Part shown: piece by piece, positions 54,368 to 64,000 of the stretch
Layout of the letters: each line of letters begins with the position of its first letter
How positions within the stretch are numbered: position 1 is the first letter of the stretch
From: an uncultured Actinomycetes bacterium
GTDB lineage: Bacteria > Actinomycetota > Thermoleophilia > RBG-16-64-13
Length of the DNA: 64,000 bases
Direction: 5' to 3'
Assembly: GCA_963841735.1 (NCBI GenBank)
Contig: CAWJDT010000005.1
Span: 96,001-160,000 of the forward strand
The notes under the pieces: generated by a model
The model's database searches: none
What the model saw: only the letters and a program-made list of their open reading frames with translations
What the model was told of the DNA's origin: nothing
Translations under genes and position numbers: made by a program

Positions 54368-55450
54368 CTAGGTGGTGGGCGCAGTCTCGCCGCGGAGCCG
54401 GACGTTGCGCAGTGGCTCGTAGACCTCACCGGTCCTCCAGAGGTGCAGGAGGAGCACCGAGAGCTTGCGGGCCACCGCCACTACCGCTCGCTTCTTGCCC
54501 CGCTTGCCGCCCTGCGCGGCCAAGGCAAGACCCCAACGCCTGAGATCCGAGTCCGGGCCGAAGGGCCCGAGGATGTAGTGGGCGGCGCTCACGAGGAGCC
54601 AGCGCAGGTGCTCGTCCCCGGCTTTGGTGATGCGCAGCTGAGGCTCCAGGGAACCGGAGCTTGCCTGCCGGGGCCTGAGGCCGAGATACGAGCCCACCGA
54701 GCGGCACTTGGGGAAGCGCTCGGGATCTTCCACGGTAAGGACATAGACTGTGGCCGTAAGCGTGCCCACGCCGGGCACCTGGGAGAGAAGCGCGGTCTCT
54801 GGGTAGCGCTCCTTGGCCATGTCTTCGATCTTCTGATCGAGAGCGCGGATCTCATCGGAGATGTTCTGGATGACGGTGAGGACCGGAGCCAGGGCGGGAG
54901 CAAGCTCCTCGGGGACACACGGCCCGGCCTTTTGGGCAAAGACGTCGCTCGCGCAGGTGGGCAGGCGGCTGCCCAAGGACTTCGTGCAGCCGCGGGCATG
55001 ACTGATCAGACGGGTGCGAGCCCTGACCAGGGCATTGCGACTGCGCACAAGCGCGAGGTCGGACTGGGTCTCGGCTCTCCGATGGGTGAGGGGGGCCAGC
55101 AGCTCCGGGTCCAGACGACCGACCCGGGCCAGGTACTCGGCGTCCACCCGGTCTGACTTCGAGTCGTTCTGGTAGATGAAGCGGAGCTTGCGGGGATTGG
55201 CCACGACAACGTCGTGTCCAAGTTCGGAAAGCAGACGGCTAACCCAGGGGGAGTGGGTGCCGGCCTCGATCACGATGCGTAGCGGATCCGCCCCGGAGAA
55301 GCGGCGACGCAAGGCTTCCGGCTTGGTCGTCACCCGGCCCTCCTCGGTCACCTCGCCCGCTTCGTCGAGCACACAGATCTGACAACAACGGTCGCTCAGA
55401 TCGAGACCCACGGTCACCTTCGCTTGCTCGGTGGTGCTAGCATCGCACAT
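54368..55450 (-). CDS. IS110-family transposase (DEDD recombinase)
   Basis: VGLDLS, IEAG, KSDRVDA, VPGVG, SYLGLRP..SSG, ITKAGD, AVVAVARKL. Confidence 0.95.
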   Translation of the reverse strand: MCDASTTEQAKVTVGLDLSDRCCQICVLDEAGEVTEEGRVTTKPEALRRRFSGADPLRIVIEAGTHSPWVSRLLSELGHDVVVANPRKLRFIYQNDSKSDRVDAEYLARVGRLDPELLAPLTHRRAETQSDLALVRSRNALVRARTRLISHARGCTKSLGSRLPTCASDVFAQKAGPCVPEELAPALAPVLTVIQNISDEIRALDQKIEDMAKERYPETALLSQVPGVGTLTATVYVLTVEDPERFPKCRSVGSYLGLRPRQASSGSLEPQLRITKAGDEHLRWLLVSAAHYILGPFGPDSDLRRWGLALAAQGGKRGKKRAVVAVARKLSVLLLHLWRTGEVYEPLRNVRLRGETAPTT

Positions 55451-55551
55451 GGCTGGCCTCCTTCATTTGGGCCCACGAGCCCGACTCTGATTGGGGACCT
55501 CACGGTACTCCGGGGGAGGTCGGCCTTCTCATCCCATCTGTATATGCAGCC

Positions 55552-55765
55552 CTACAGGTAGTCAAGCGGACTGCGCACTCCCTGGCCACCCCCCTGGCCA
55601 CCCGGGTTAGAACATGGACGTAGATCATGGTGGTGCGGATGTCGTACCCGGCCTCCAGCAGGTGGGTGGCGAAGGAATGCCGCAACGTGTGACAGCCGAC
55701 GTGCTTGACCACGCCGGCCCGGCTCACCGCCTCCTTCATCGCGCGCAGGTGATTTTGCGGCGGGA
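55552..55765 (-). pseudogene. intI: Integron integrase C-terminal remnant
   Basis: [46 protein letters not shown], then frameshift to GVRSPLDYL* (typical IntI end); the VQELLGH segment and the N-terminus are missing. Confidence 0.85.
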
Positions 55766-55783
55766 GAAGTCGAGGCCCTTTGG

Positions 55784-56152
55784 CTAGACCCCCCGCATCG
55801 ATTGCCGGTACAGCGCGACCTGCGATTCGGACATCTTCTCCACCCACATAACCAGCAGGGCCTTGAGGTCCTCGCTCTGGTCGGAGACCGGCCCGTCCCC
55901 AGCCTCAAGCCTATCCAGCACCTCGAACTCGAACGCTTCCGAGCCCAGCTCTGTCCAGTCCGCCTGAAGCTCCTTGTCTGGGTGTGAACCCAAATCGAGC
56001 TGGAACCTCTGGCGGTTCAGCATTCCTGGGAGATTGGGACTCGACCCGATCAGCGACTTCCCGGTCTGCGTGTTGCGCACGAGGTAGATGCCCGCGGGCT
56101 GCGGAGTCTCCTTGTACTCGCGGATGAGCGCTTTGCGGTCTATGCTTGTCAC
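55784..56152 (-). CDS. GIY-YIG nuclease family protein
   Basis: [42 protein letters not shown]. Confidence 0.8.
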   Translation of the reverse strand: MTSIDRKALIREYKETPQPAGIYLVRNTQTGKSLIGSSPNLPGMLNRQRFQLDLGSHPDKELQADWTELGSEAFEFEVLDRLEAGDGPVSDQSEDLKALLVMWVEKMSESQVALYRQSMRGV

Positions 56153-56189
56153 CAGTTCAGCTCCTGCTCGGTTGTGTTGGCGAGTGACC

Positions 56190-57182
56190 TCATGTGGCCA
56201 CCCCGGCATATATGCTTAGAATGCTATCCATTTCCGCGTTCACAGCCGCGTCTACCACCCGCCGCTCCTCGTCGGCCGCAAACCAGTCAAGGGCCCGGCG
56301 GATGCCATCCCGGAAGGGGATGGTGGCCCGAAAGCCGGGCACGAACTCCTTGATCTTGCTGTTGTCGAAAGCGACGCTCCACGTCTTGTCGCCCAACAGG
56401 CTCCCAGCCAGTTCCGGCACCACCTTCGCGATGAAATCGGAGGGGATGTGCACGATCTTCGCCTCGACCCCCAGCGCCTCGGCGATGCCCTGGTATATCT
56501 GATTCCAGGTGAGCACCTCGTCGGTGGTGATGTGAAACGCCTCGCCCAGCGCCCGCTCGTTGCCCAGCAGCCCCAAAAGCCCCTGCGCCAAGTCGTCGGC
56601 GTGCGTCACCACCCAGAGCGACGAGCCATCGCCATGAACTATGACCGGCAGGCCCCGCAACAGCCGGTCGGCCAGCGTGTAGGTGCCCCACCCCCCGAGT
56701 GCGATGGGGAGGTTGGCGCCGTAGGTCATCGAGGGACGGACGATGGTGGCGGGAAAGCCCTCTTCGCGGTACGCCTGCATGAGTCTCCTCTCGCAGGCGA
56801 TCTTGCCGCGGGCGTAATCCCAGAACGGGTTGCTCAGCGGCGTCGACTCAGTGATGAGGTAGTGGTCGGGCGGCTTCTGGTAAGCGGAGGCCGAGCTGAT
56901 GAAGACGTACTGCTTCACCCGCCCTCGAAAGAGGCTGAGGTCGCGCTCGATATCATCCGCGGTATAGGCGACCCAATCGACCACAACGTCAAAGTCCAGA
57001 CCCTGAAGAGCGGCGCGGACCTCCTCGGGGCGGTGTATGTCGGCGACCATGCTATGGCTGCCGGGCATATCCGCGATGCGCGCTCCGCGATTGAGCAGAT
57101 AGAGGTCGAGCCCTCTGGAGATCGCCATCCTGCTGGCCGCGGCGCTGATCATCCCAGTGCCGCCGATAAACAGAACCCTCAT
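56190..57182 (-). CDS. NAD-dependent epimerase/dehydratase (atypical SDR)
   Basis: FIGGTGMIS, FISSASAY, YARGK, IVRPS. Confidence 0.88.
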   Translation of the reverse strand: MRVLFIGGTGMISAAASRMAISRGLDLYLLNRGARIADMPGSHSMVADIHRPEEVRAALQGLDFDVVVDWVAYTADDIERDLSLFRGRVKQYVFISSASAYQKPPDHYLITESTPLSNPFWDYARGKIACERRLMQAYREEGFPATIVRPSMTYGANLPIALGGWGTYTLADRLLRGLPVIVHGDGSSLWVVTHADDLAQGLLGLLGNERALGEAFHITTDEVLTWNQIYQGIAEALGVEAKIVHIPSDFIAKVVPELAGSLLGDKTWSVAFDNSKIKEFVPGFRATIPFRDGIRRALDWFAADEERRVVDAAVNAEMDSILSIYAGVAT

Positions 57183-57245
57183 GACCCGCGGCCCCTTTCG
57201 CTTGGCTGCCGAACAGGTAGGCTTCGCGCTCGTGTTGCGCCGCCG

Positions 57246-58121
57246 CTAGGCGGCGCCCAGCAACTCCACCATCGCCCGGATGTGGGCCGGGGACGTACCG
57301 CAGCAACCACCGAGCAGCCGCGCTCCTGCCTGCAGGCACTCACGCACCCCGGAGGCAAAATCGGCAGGCGACATTTCAAAGACCGTCTCACCGTCTACCA
57401 GCCTGGGCCTGCCCGCATTCGGCTGCGCTATGATCGGCAGAGAGGTGCCCTGCCGCATTTCGGTGACTATTCCGGCCATCTCCGCTGGGTCGAGGCTGCC
57501 GCAGTTGGTTCCCACCGCGCACGCTCCCGCTTCGGCGAGGGCCTGGGCACACTCCCGGGCTGTGTTGCCCATGACGGTCCGCCCCCCGTTCTTGAGCGTG
57601 CTGAAAGATATGCTTGCGATAACCGGCAGGTCGCAGGCTTCCTTGGAAGCTCGCACGGCACATAGGGCTTCGCGCAGATCGATCATGGTCTCGATGATCA
57701 GGCCGTCTACCCCACCCTCGGCCAGAATCGTGGCCTGCTGGACGAAGGTCGCGAAGGCTTCGTCCTCTGGAAGCTTGCCGTAAGGTTGCAGCATCTTGCC
57801 GGTGGAGCCCATGTCGCCCAGCACGTACTGGCCCTCGCCGGCCGCGGCCTTGGCGAGCCGGGCTCCGGCCAGATTGACCTCGCGCACCTCCACGCCCACT
57901 TTGTGGGAGCTGAGGTTGACGCCGTTCATGGTGAGGGTGTTGGTGATGAGCAGATGGATGCCGCAACCGGCGTACTGCTGGTGCACCGCCAGCACCGCAT
58001 CCGGATTGGTGACGTTGTTCTGGCCACCCATCTCCAGCCCGGCCTCTCCCAACTGGGTGCCCATGGCGCCGTCAAGAAAGATAGGCGTCTTGTCACTGGA
58101 AAGAAGCTCTAGCAGGTTCAT
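57246..58121 (-). CDS. Homocysteine S-methyltransferase domain protein (stand-alone MetH N-terminal module)
   Basis: LDGAMGTQL, IIETM, GTNC, QPNAG, GGCCGT. Confidence 0.9.
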   Translation of the reverse strand: MNLLELLSSDKTPIFLDGAMGTQLGEAGLEMGGQNNVTNPDAVLAVHQQYAGCGIHLLITNTLTMNGVNLSSHKVGVEVREVNLAGARLAKAAAGEGQYVLGDMGSTGKMLQPYGKLPEDEAFATFVQQATILAEGGVDGLIIETMIDLREALCAVRASKEACDLPVIASISFSTLKNGGRTVMGNTARECAQALAEAGACAVGTNCGSLDPAEMAGIVTEMRQGTSLPIIAQPNAGRPRLVDGETVFEMSPADFASGVRECLQAGARLLGGCCGTSPAHIRAMVELLGAA

Positions 58122-58168
58122 TCGCTCTCCTCGCTGCACACCGTTTTGGGGCCGTCGCCCCGACTATC

Positions 58169-58693
58169 CTATTGTACCGTGGGCCCGGCCGCCGTGGCCT
58201 CAGTCGAGCCGGACTCAGTCGCAGCGACCTTTTCAAGGTGAGCGAGACTGACGGCGTCTGAGAACCACTCCACCCCGGTGACAACGTAGCCGTGACGCTG
58301 GTAGAGCCGAAGGTTCGGCTCGCTCTTGCTCCCGGTGAAGAGCTCGTACTTGGCAACGCTGGGGAAGCGAGCTTCGACCTCCCGCAGGAGCTGCGAACCT
58401 ATCCCCCGCCCTTGGAGATCGGGGTGGACCATGAGCCGCCCGATGTAGCACACACCCGCCGTGACCTTGGCCTTCACCGAGCCGATCAGTCGTCCGTCCA
58501 CGGTCGCTTTGAGCACGAGAGTCGTCGCGAACTCCTCATGCAACTCGGCCAAAGTCTGGGTCAACGGCGAGATCGACCAGTCACCGTAGAGCCTCGCCTC
58601 CGCCTCATACGCCAACTTCTGAAGAGCAAGTATGGCCTCGGCGTCGTCAAGCGAGGCTACAGATATCGCCGCTAGGGCCGGTGCGGACGTCAA
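58169..58693 (-). CDS. GNAT N-acetyltransferase
   Basis: LQKLAY, IGSV, IGRLMVHPDLQGRGIGS, LFTGSKSEPNLRLY. Confidence 0.88.
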   Translation of the reverse strand: MTSAPALAAISVASLDDAEAILALQKLAYEAEARLYGDWSISPLTQTLAELHEEFATTLVLKATVDGRLIGSVKAKVTAGVCYIGRLMVHPDLQGRGIGSQLLREVEARFPSVAKYELFTGSKSEPNLRLYQRHGYVVTGVEWFSDAVSLAHLEKVAATESGSTEATAAGPTVQ

Positions 58694-58709
58694 AAACCGC
58701 CCCCGCCAA

Positions 58710-59147
58710 TCACTTGGCCAATCGCCCGAACCTCTTCCAAAGCCAACGGTGGAACGCGTGCACCGACTGCACCGGCTGCGCGTACATGAGCACGCAGGCT
58801 CCGGACACCACCGGCATGCCGTTGGCTTCGCACAGGTCGATGGCCGCCTGCGACTGACACCCGTTCTGGATCCACACCCGGGGTATCCCTGCCGCGATGG
58901 CTTCTTTGACCGCCTGCTCGGCGTATGGCTTGGAGACGGCGATGATGACCCCCTCCACCGGCTCCTTGAGAGTGCTCAGGCGCGGCTCGGTGACCGTATC
59001 GCTCAAGTACACGACGGTCACGTCGTATCCCTTGGGCTTGAGCTCCTCATCGATCTTCGCGCCGGCTACCGCTTTTGTCGGAGCCGACCGGACCAGCGCC
59101 AGCTTCTTGTGGCCTAGGAACTCGTCGATCATCGCTTGGGTAGCCAT
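58710..59147 (-). CDS. CoA-binding domain protein
   Basis: VEGVIIAV..VKEAIAAGIPRVWIQ..VVSGACVLMY. Confidence 0.75.
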   Translation of the reverse strand: MATQAMIDEFLGHKKLALVRSAPTKAVAGAKIDEELKPKGYDVTVVYLSDTVTEPRLSTLKEPVEGVIIAVSKPYAEQAVKEAIAAGIPRVWIQNGCQSQAAIDLCEANGMPVVSGACVLMYAQPVQSVHAFHRWLWKRFGRLAK

Positions 59148-59159
59148 TAGCTCACACTC

Positions 59160-60460
59160 CTATAGATAGTAGATGTCTATCGGCGTACCCGTGGGGATCT
59201 GGTAGTACAGCTCTTCGCACATCCACATGGGCACCCGCACGCATCCGTGGCTGGCCGGCCAAGGCGGCACACTCGGGTATCCGTGGATGGCCGTCTTGCT
59301 GACGACGTAGGAGGGGTAGTAGAAGTAGCCCTCCAGCGTGACCAGCTTGACCGTGCCCGGGATCTTGGTCCCGATCGTGAAGTGGCCGGTGCGCGTGCCC
59401 TTCTTGCCGGTGGACACATGCACGATCTTCCAGACCCTGTTGTTGTCTACGAGCATCAGCACCTGGCGGCTGAGGTCCACTTCGATGCGATAGCCGTCGG
59501 CGGTGATGTGAGGAGCTGGTGCTTGGGCGGTGAAGATGTGCTCCCACGCGCTCGCCCCCACCACTCCGTCCCTGGTCAGTCGTTCGACCTTCTGAAAGGC
59601 CATCACCGCGTCGCGGGTGGACTTGTCGTAGACCCCATCGATGGGACCGGGGCAGTAGCCAAGAGCCGTGCAGCCGGGATTCCACGTAGCTCACCAACGG
59701 CCCCTTCGAGTCGATGGACAGCCGGGGATAGCCGGACACCGCTTCCACCGCCACCGGCAGGGCGCCCTTTGGCTGGATGGGCTGCACGAAGGCACGGTAG
59801 AGCATCAGCGCCGCCTGCGCCCGGCTGAGAGGAAAGTCGGGGAAGAACCACCCGTCGGCTCCCCCGCTGGTTATGCCCAACCGGAAGGCGTTGGCGACGG
59901 CCCAGGCGTTCTTGGCATCGATCATGGTGCGATCACGGAAGCCAGCCAGGCAGGCAGCCTGCTCGACCTGCGGCAGGCGGTAGGGCAACGACGAAGTCGG
60001 GGTCATTGGCCACCCGGTATCCGAGCGCGGCCGCCACCCATGCGGCCGCATCCTCGCGGGTCACCGGCTCGTCAGGCGAGAAGGTGGCCGGGCCGGAGCC
60101 GGACAATAGCCCCGCCTGAGACATGGCCCCCACCGCCCCCGCATACCACTCGTCGGCGGCGACATCGGAGAAGACCTGGGAGGCCACCCCGGGCAGACCC
60201 AGAGCGCGAGCCAGATAGCCCGCCAACTGCCCCCGGGTTACGAGATCTTCGGGAATGAACGAGGCGGCGTCGCGGCCCGCCAAGATGCCCGCGTCGGCGA
60301 GCGCCTGCACTGCGGCAGTCACTTCGGAGTCGGGCCGAGCGGCCGCCGGCGTCTCGGCCAGCGCCGCCGCTGGAGAGACGGCGAAGACCAGGGCGGCCAG
60401 AAGCCCAGCGGCAAGAGCCGTCACCGATTCACGATAGCGAAACGACAAAAGTCCGTGCAT
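59160..60460 (-). CDS. SLH-domain + peptidoglycan-binding + L,D-transpeptidase protein (frameshifted)
   Basis: Signal peptide, SLH repeats (F.P...VTRGQLA, FSPDEPVTRE, FFPDFPLSRAQ), AFQKVERLTRDGVVG, YkuD HGYPSVPPWPASHGCVR. Confidence 0.8.
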
Positions 60461-60542
60461 AATCTCGCGTATCGTAGGGTACTTCCCTTGCCAAGTCAAC
60501 GAACCGGGCATCCTGCGCCCGGTGCAGTCGGAAGGGGACAGC

Positions 60543-60798
60543 ATGGATCAGCCTAAGGTCTTCGTATACGCACTCAGCACCTGCGGTCACTGCAGAAACG
60601 CCAAGAAGCTACTGGATGAGCACGGCGTGCAGCTACGACTTCGTCGACGTCGACCTTCTGCCCAGAGAAGAGCTCAAGACGGTCCTGGAAGAAGTCGCCA
60701 AATACAATCCGCAGCGGTCCTTCCCCACAATCCTCATCGGCGACACGGTCATCGTCGGCGATCGGGAACTCGAGATCTTGGAGGCATTGGGCCTATGA
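60543..60798 (+). CDS. Glutaredoxin-like protein (frameshift near 60630)
   Basis: YALSTCGHC, YDFVDVD, SFPTILIG. Confidence 0.85.
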
Positions 60799-61154
60799 GC
60801 GACGTGCAGGACATGTATGAACGCTTAAAGAGGGTCAACGAACCCAAGGGCTACTTCTTCAGCAACAACAACGATCTGGCGATGCAGCTCATCGCCGGAC
60901 TCCTCACTAACAAGGAACGATACGGCTACATGTGCTGCCCCTGCCGCTTGGCCTCGGGCGACCGCGATACCGACAAGGACATCATCTGCCCATGCGACTA
61001 TCGCGAAGCAGACGTCAAGGAATACGGCACCTGTTTCTGCAGCCTATACGCATCCAAAGAGTGGAACGAGGGCACCATCCCCCACGTCACGGTGCCCGAG
61101 CGCCGGCCACCCGAGAAGTCCGATTGGCTGACGTGGCCAAGCGAAGACGCGTAG
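60795..61154 (+). CDS. Ferredoxin:thioredoxin reductase catalytic-subunit-like protein
   Basis: GLLTNKERYG..CPCR..IICPCDY..GTCFCSLY; ATGA overlap with the glutaredoxin. Confidence 0.88.
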   Translation: MSDVQDMYERLKRVNEPKGYFFSNNNDLAMQLIAGLLTNKERYGYMCCPCRLASGDRDTDKDIICPCDYREADVKEYGTCFCSLYASKEWNEGTIPHVTVPERRPPEKSDWLTWPSEDA

Positions 61155-61322
61155 GGCGGCAGCCGACTAGCAGCCGGGGACCTCTTATGGAGGCCTTCAC
61201 CCGGCATTCGGCGGCAGCGTCCGCCGGTCATCCGATAGGAGCAGTCCCCGGCCGTATGCTAGCCTAGAAACCGGAACGAAAACGGGGTGCGCCGGCTGCG
61301 TGCCCGGGGTGACGGAGGCGAG

Positions 61323-62939
61323 TTGGAACTACCGGAGAGAGGCAAGGTCCTAGTTGCCGAGCTGATGGAGGACGAAGCCATCGCGCTGCTCGCCGCGGCC
61401 TGCGAAGTCGACGTCAAGTATCGCTTGAGCCGCGAGGAGATCCTCGCCATCATCCCTGAGTATCAGGGCATAATCGTGCGCAGCGAGACCATCATCGACA
61501 AGGATCTGCTCGACGCGGCCACCAACCTGCGCATCGTAGGTCGCGCGGGCTCCGGGCTCGACAACATAGACGTACCCTCCGCCACCCAAAAGGGCGTCAT
61601 CGTCTGCAACACCCCGGAGAGCAACGTGGTCTCGGCCGCGGAGCATACCGTGGGCCTCCTGCTTGCCAGCAGCCGCAACATCCCCTGGGCCGACCGCTTC
61701 ATCAAGAGCGGCCAGTGGGGCCGCAAGCAGTTCGAGGGCAGCGAGCTCTACGGCAAGACCTTGGGGATCATCGGGCTGGGCCGCATAGGCGGGTTGGTGT
61801 CGCAGCGCGCCCGTGGCTTCGCCATGCGGGTCATCGCCTACGACCCCTACATCACCGATTCCCGCTTCGCCAACCTGAGCGTCGAGAAGAGTGACACTCT
61901 GGAGGAACTGCTCAAGGAGTCGGACTTCATCACCATCCATACCCCCAGGACCAAAGAGACCTTGAACATGATCGACGACGCCCAGATCGCGCTCATGAAG
62001 CCGGGGGTCCGCTTGGTCAATTGCGCGCGCGGCGGGCTCTTCAACGAGGAGGCCTTGGCCCGCGGGCTCAAGTCGGGACATATCGCCTCTGTCGGCATCG
62101 ACACCTGGGTGAACGAGCCGCAGAGCGGCCACCCTCTCTATGAGTTCGACAACGTGGTGGGCACCCCCCACCTGGGCGCCTCCACCTTCGAGGCCTCGCG
62201 GCGGGTGGGCCACGAAGTGGTGGCTGAAGTGATCGCGGGGCTGCAGGGCGATATCGTCAAGAACGCCGTCAACATCCCCACCGTCTCGGAGGAAGTCGTT
62301 CGCGAAGCTGCAGATGTTCATCCGGCTGGCCGGGCAGATGGGCGCCCTCTACCGCCAGATCCGGCGCGGCAAGCGTCAAGCGGGTGGAGATCGTCTTTGC
62401 CGGCCGCGAGATCGACGACCCGGCCGATGCCAAGATCCTGTCTCTGGTCGCGCTAAAAGGCGTGCTGGAGGGAAGCATGGCCTCGGGAAGCGTCAACTTC
62501 GTCAACGCCGGCTTGGTGGCCGAGCAGATGGGCATCGAGGTATGCGAGACCATAAGCCTCGAGAGCGGCGACTACCGCAACCTCATCCGCCTGGTCGTCA
62601 CCGAAGGCGACGGTAACACCTTCGCGGTGGCCGGCACCGTGCTCGACCGCAAGCACCCGCGCATCGTGCAGATAGGGGAGTTCCCCATCAGCTTCACCCC
62701 GGAGGGCAAGCTGGCCTATGTGCCCCACAGGAACGTCCCCGGAGTCATCGGGCGCGTGTGCACCATACATGGGCGACTACGGGGTGAACATCTCCCGAAT
62801 GGCCACTTCGAGCGGGCTCAACAACGCCGCCAGAGACTCCATCATGATCCTCGGGCTCGACAACGACGTGCCCCAGGAAGCCATTGACCGCTGTTTGGAG
62901 ATGGAGCAGATCCACGAGATGATGGTCATCGACTTCTGA
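61323..62939 (+). CDS. serA: D-3-phosphoglycerate dehydrogenase (with ASB and ACT domains; frameshifted)
   Basis: VRSET, GRAGSGLDNID, SAAEHT, GLGRIG, NCARGG, TPHLGAST; ACT NVPGVIGRV. Confidence 0.9.
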
Positions 62940-63152
62940 CCTCCGGTCCCGGAGCAAGCCGCTGGAACACGGCGGCCTCAAGTGGTTAGAATGGCTTCAT
63001 GTTTGCAGGGTGAAACAGCCGCCCGCGGGCTTCGCAGCGCCGTGACGCCCGCGCGCCAGGTAGAGGGGAAAGGAGGTCCCACCGAGCGTTTGACGGCGAT
63101 CGCCCGCACGCTGGGGCTGCCAATCGACAAGAAGTGAGAGGTGCTTCGAATA

Positions 63153-64000
63153 ATGACCAAATCCCGTTCGCGCCGCGTCTTAATCAGCAGCGCACTCGTT
63201 GTCCTAGCTCGTTCTCATCGGTCTGTTCGCCGCCGCGTGCGGCGGCAGCGACGAGACCACCACCACAGCCGCACCCGGCACCGGTGACGACCACCGCCAC
63301 CACAGCCGCACCCGACACGGGCGGCTCTACCACCACCGCTGCCGTCACCGAGGAGTTCGTCTTCGGCATGGTGCTCGTCGGCCCCTACAACGACGGTGGC
63401 TGGAGCCAGGCCAACTATGATGGCGGCCTCTACGTCGCAGGACAACATGCCCGGCTCGAAGATGGTCTACATCGACAAAGCCAACTCCGCCGACCGTCCT
63501 GGCACCACCGTCGAGCAACTGGCCGAGGAACTGGTCGCCGAGGGCGCCAAGATGATCTTCTTCACCTCCGACGACATGAAGGACGGCGCTATCGCCTTCG
63601 CCGACCGCCCATCCGGAGATCCCGGTGGTGCATAGCTCCGGCGACGGCGCCTGGACGGACGGCAAGGACTTCAAGAACCTGCCCAACCTCAGCAACGTCA
63701 TGGGCAAGATGGAATACGGCAAGATGATCGCCGGCGTCGCCGCCGCCCTCACCACCAAGACCGGCAAGATCGGGTACCTCGGCCCGCTGATCAACGACGA
63801 GACCCGCCGCCTGGCCGCCTCCGTCTATCTGGGCGCCAGGTACGCCTGGACGGAATACCTGGGCAAAGACCCGGCCGACCTCAAGTTCACGGTCAACTGG
63901 ATCGGCTTCTGGTTCAACATCCCCGGAGTCACGTCCGACCCGACCCAGGTGGCCGACAACTTCTTCAACCAGGGCTGCGACGTGGTCATCTCGGGCATCG
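63153..64000 (+). CDS. BMP-family ABC transporter substrate-binding lipoprotein (frameshifted, runs off the window end)
   Basis: Signal plus AAC lipobox, Thr-rich linker, GPYNDGGWSQ, LVAEGAKMIF, TKTGKIGYLG, WIGFWF. Confidence 0.8.

Larger units (their letters stand above)
53999..55539 (-). mobile_element. IS110-family (IS1111-type) insertion sequence, ~1.54 kb
   Basis: Sub-terminal inverted repeats ATGAGAAG(G)CCG.CC at both ends, AG core dinucleotide at 53999-54000 and 55538-55539, long non-coding end downstream of the transposase. Confidence 0.85.

Noticed and set aside
60522-61154. Apparent Grx-FTR fusion protein (210 aa)
   Set aside because: Caused by a frameshift near 60630; the true Grx frame ends at 60798, overlapping a separate ATG at 60795

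Overview
High-GC bacterial chromosome segment, most likely a deep-branching, probably anaerobic Actinomycetota (Thermoleophilia-like). This assignment is inferred from polA-rpsA-coaE-uvrB synteny, hisI-trpE linkage and a BldD homologue. Many genes, including leuS, rpsA, polA and most trp genes, carry 1-nt frameshifts that look like uncorrected long-read errors. Content in order: (1) housekeeping block (leuS, rmuC, uvrB, slt, coaE, rpsA, polA, tatA) with a small decay patch (truncated R-M gene, collapsed ald). (2) A ~22-kb anaerobic trihydroxybenzene catabolic cluster: a close orthologue of pyrogallol-phloroglucinol transhydroxylase (AthL/BthL), a second transhydroxylase-like Mo enzyme with a remodelled active site, three beta subunits, two phloroglucinol-reductase-like SDRs, cyclase, 3-hydroxyacyl dehydrogenase, cupin, BKACE, two IclR regulators and a Liv-type ABC importer. 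(3) tRNA-Leu(CAA) and a BldD homologue with an intact c-di-GMP motif. (4) A hisI-trpEGDC-usp-trpFBA operon preceded by a promoter, a short His+Trp-rich leader peptide and alternative hairpins (candidate dual His/Trp attenuator). (5) A decayed integron with intI co-oriented with its cassettes, an attI-like site, four attC sites and an IS110/IS1111 element whose non-coding end carries recognisable target and donor guide sequences (bridge/seekRNA). (6) Miscellaneous metabolic genes, Grx plus ferredoxin:thioredoxin reductase, serA and a BMP lipoprotein. All similarities were recognised by eye from memory; no searches were run.
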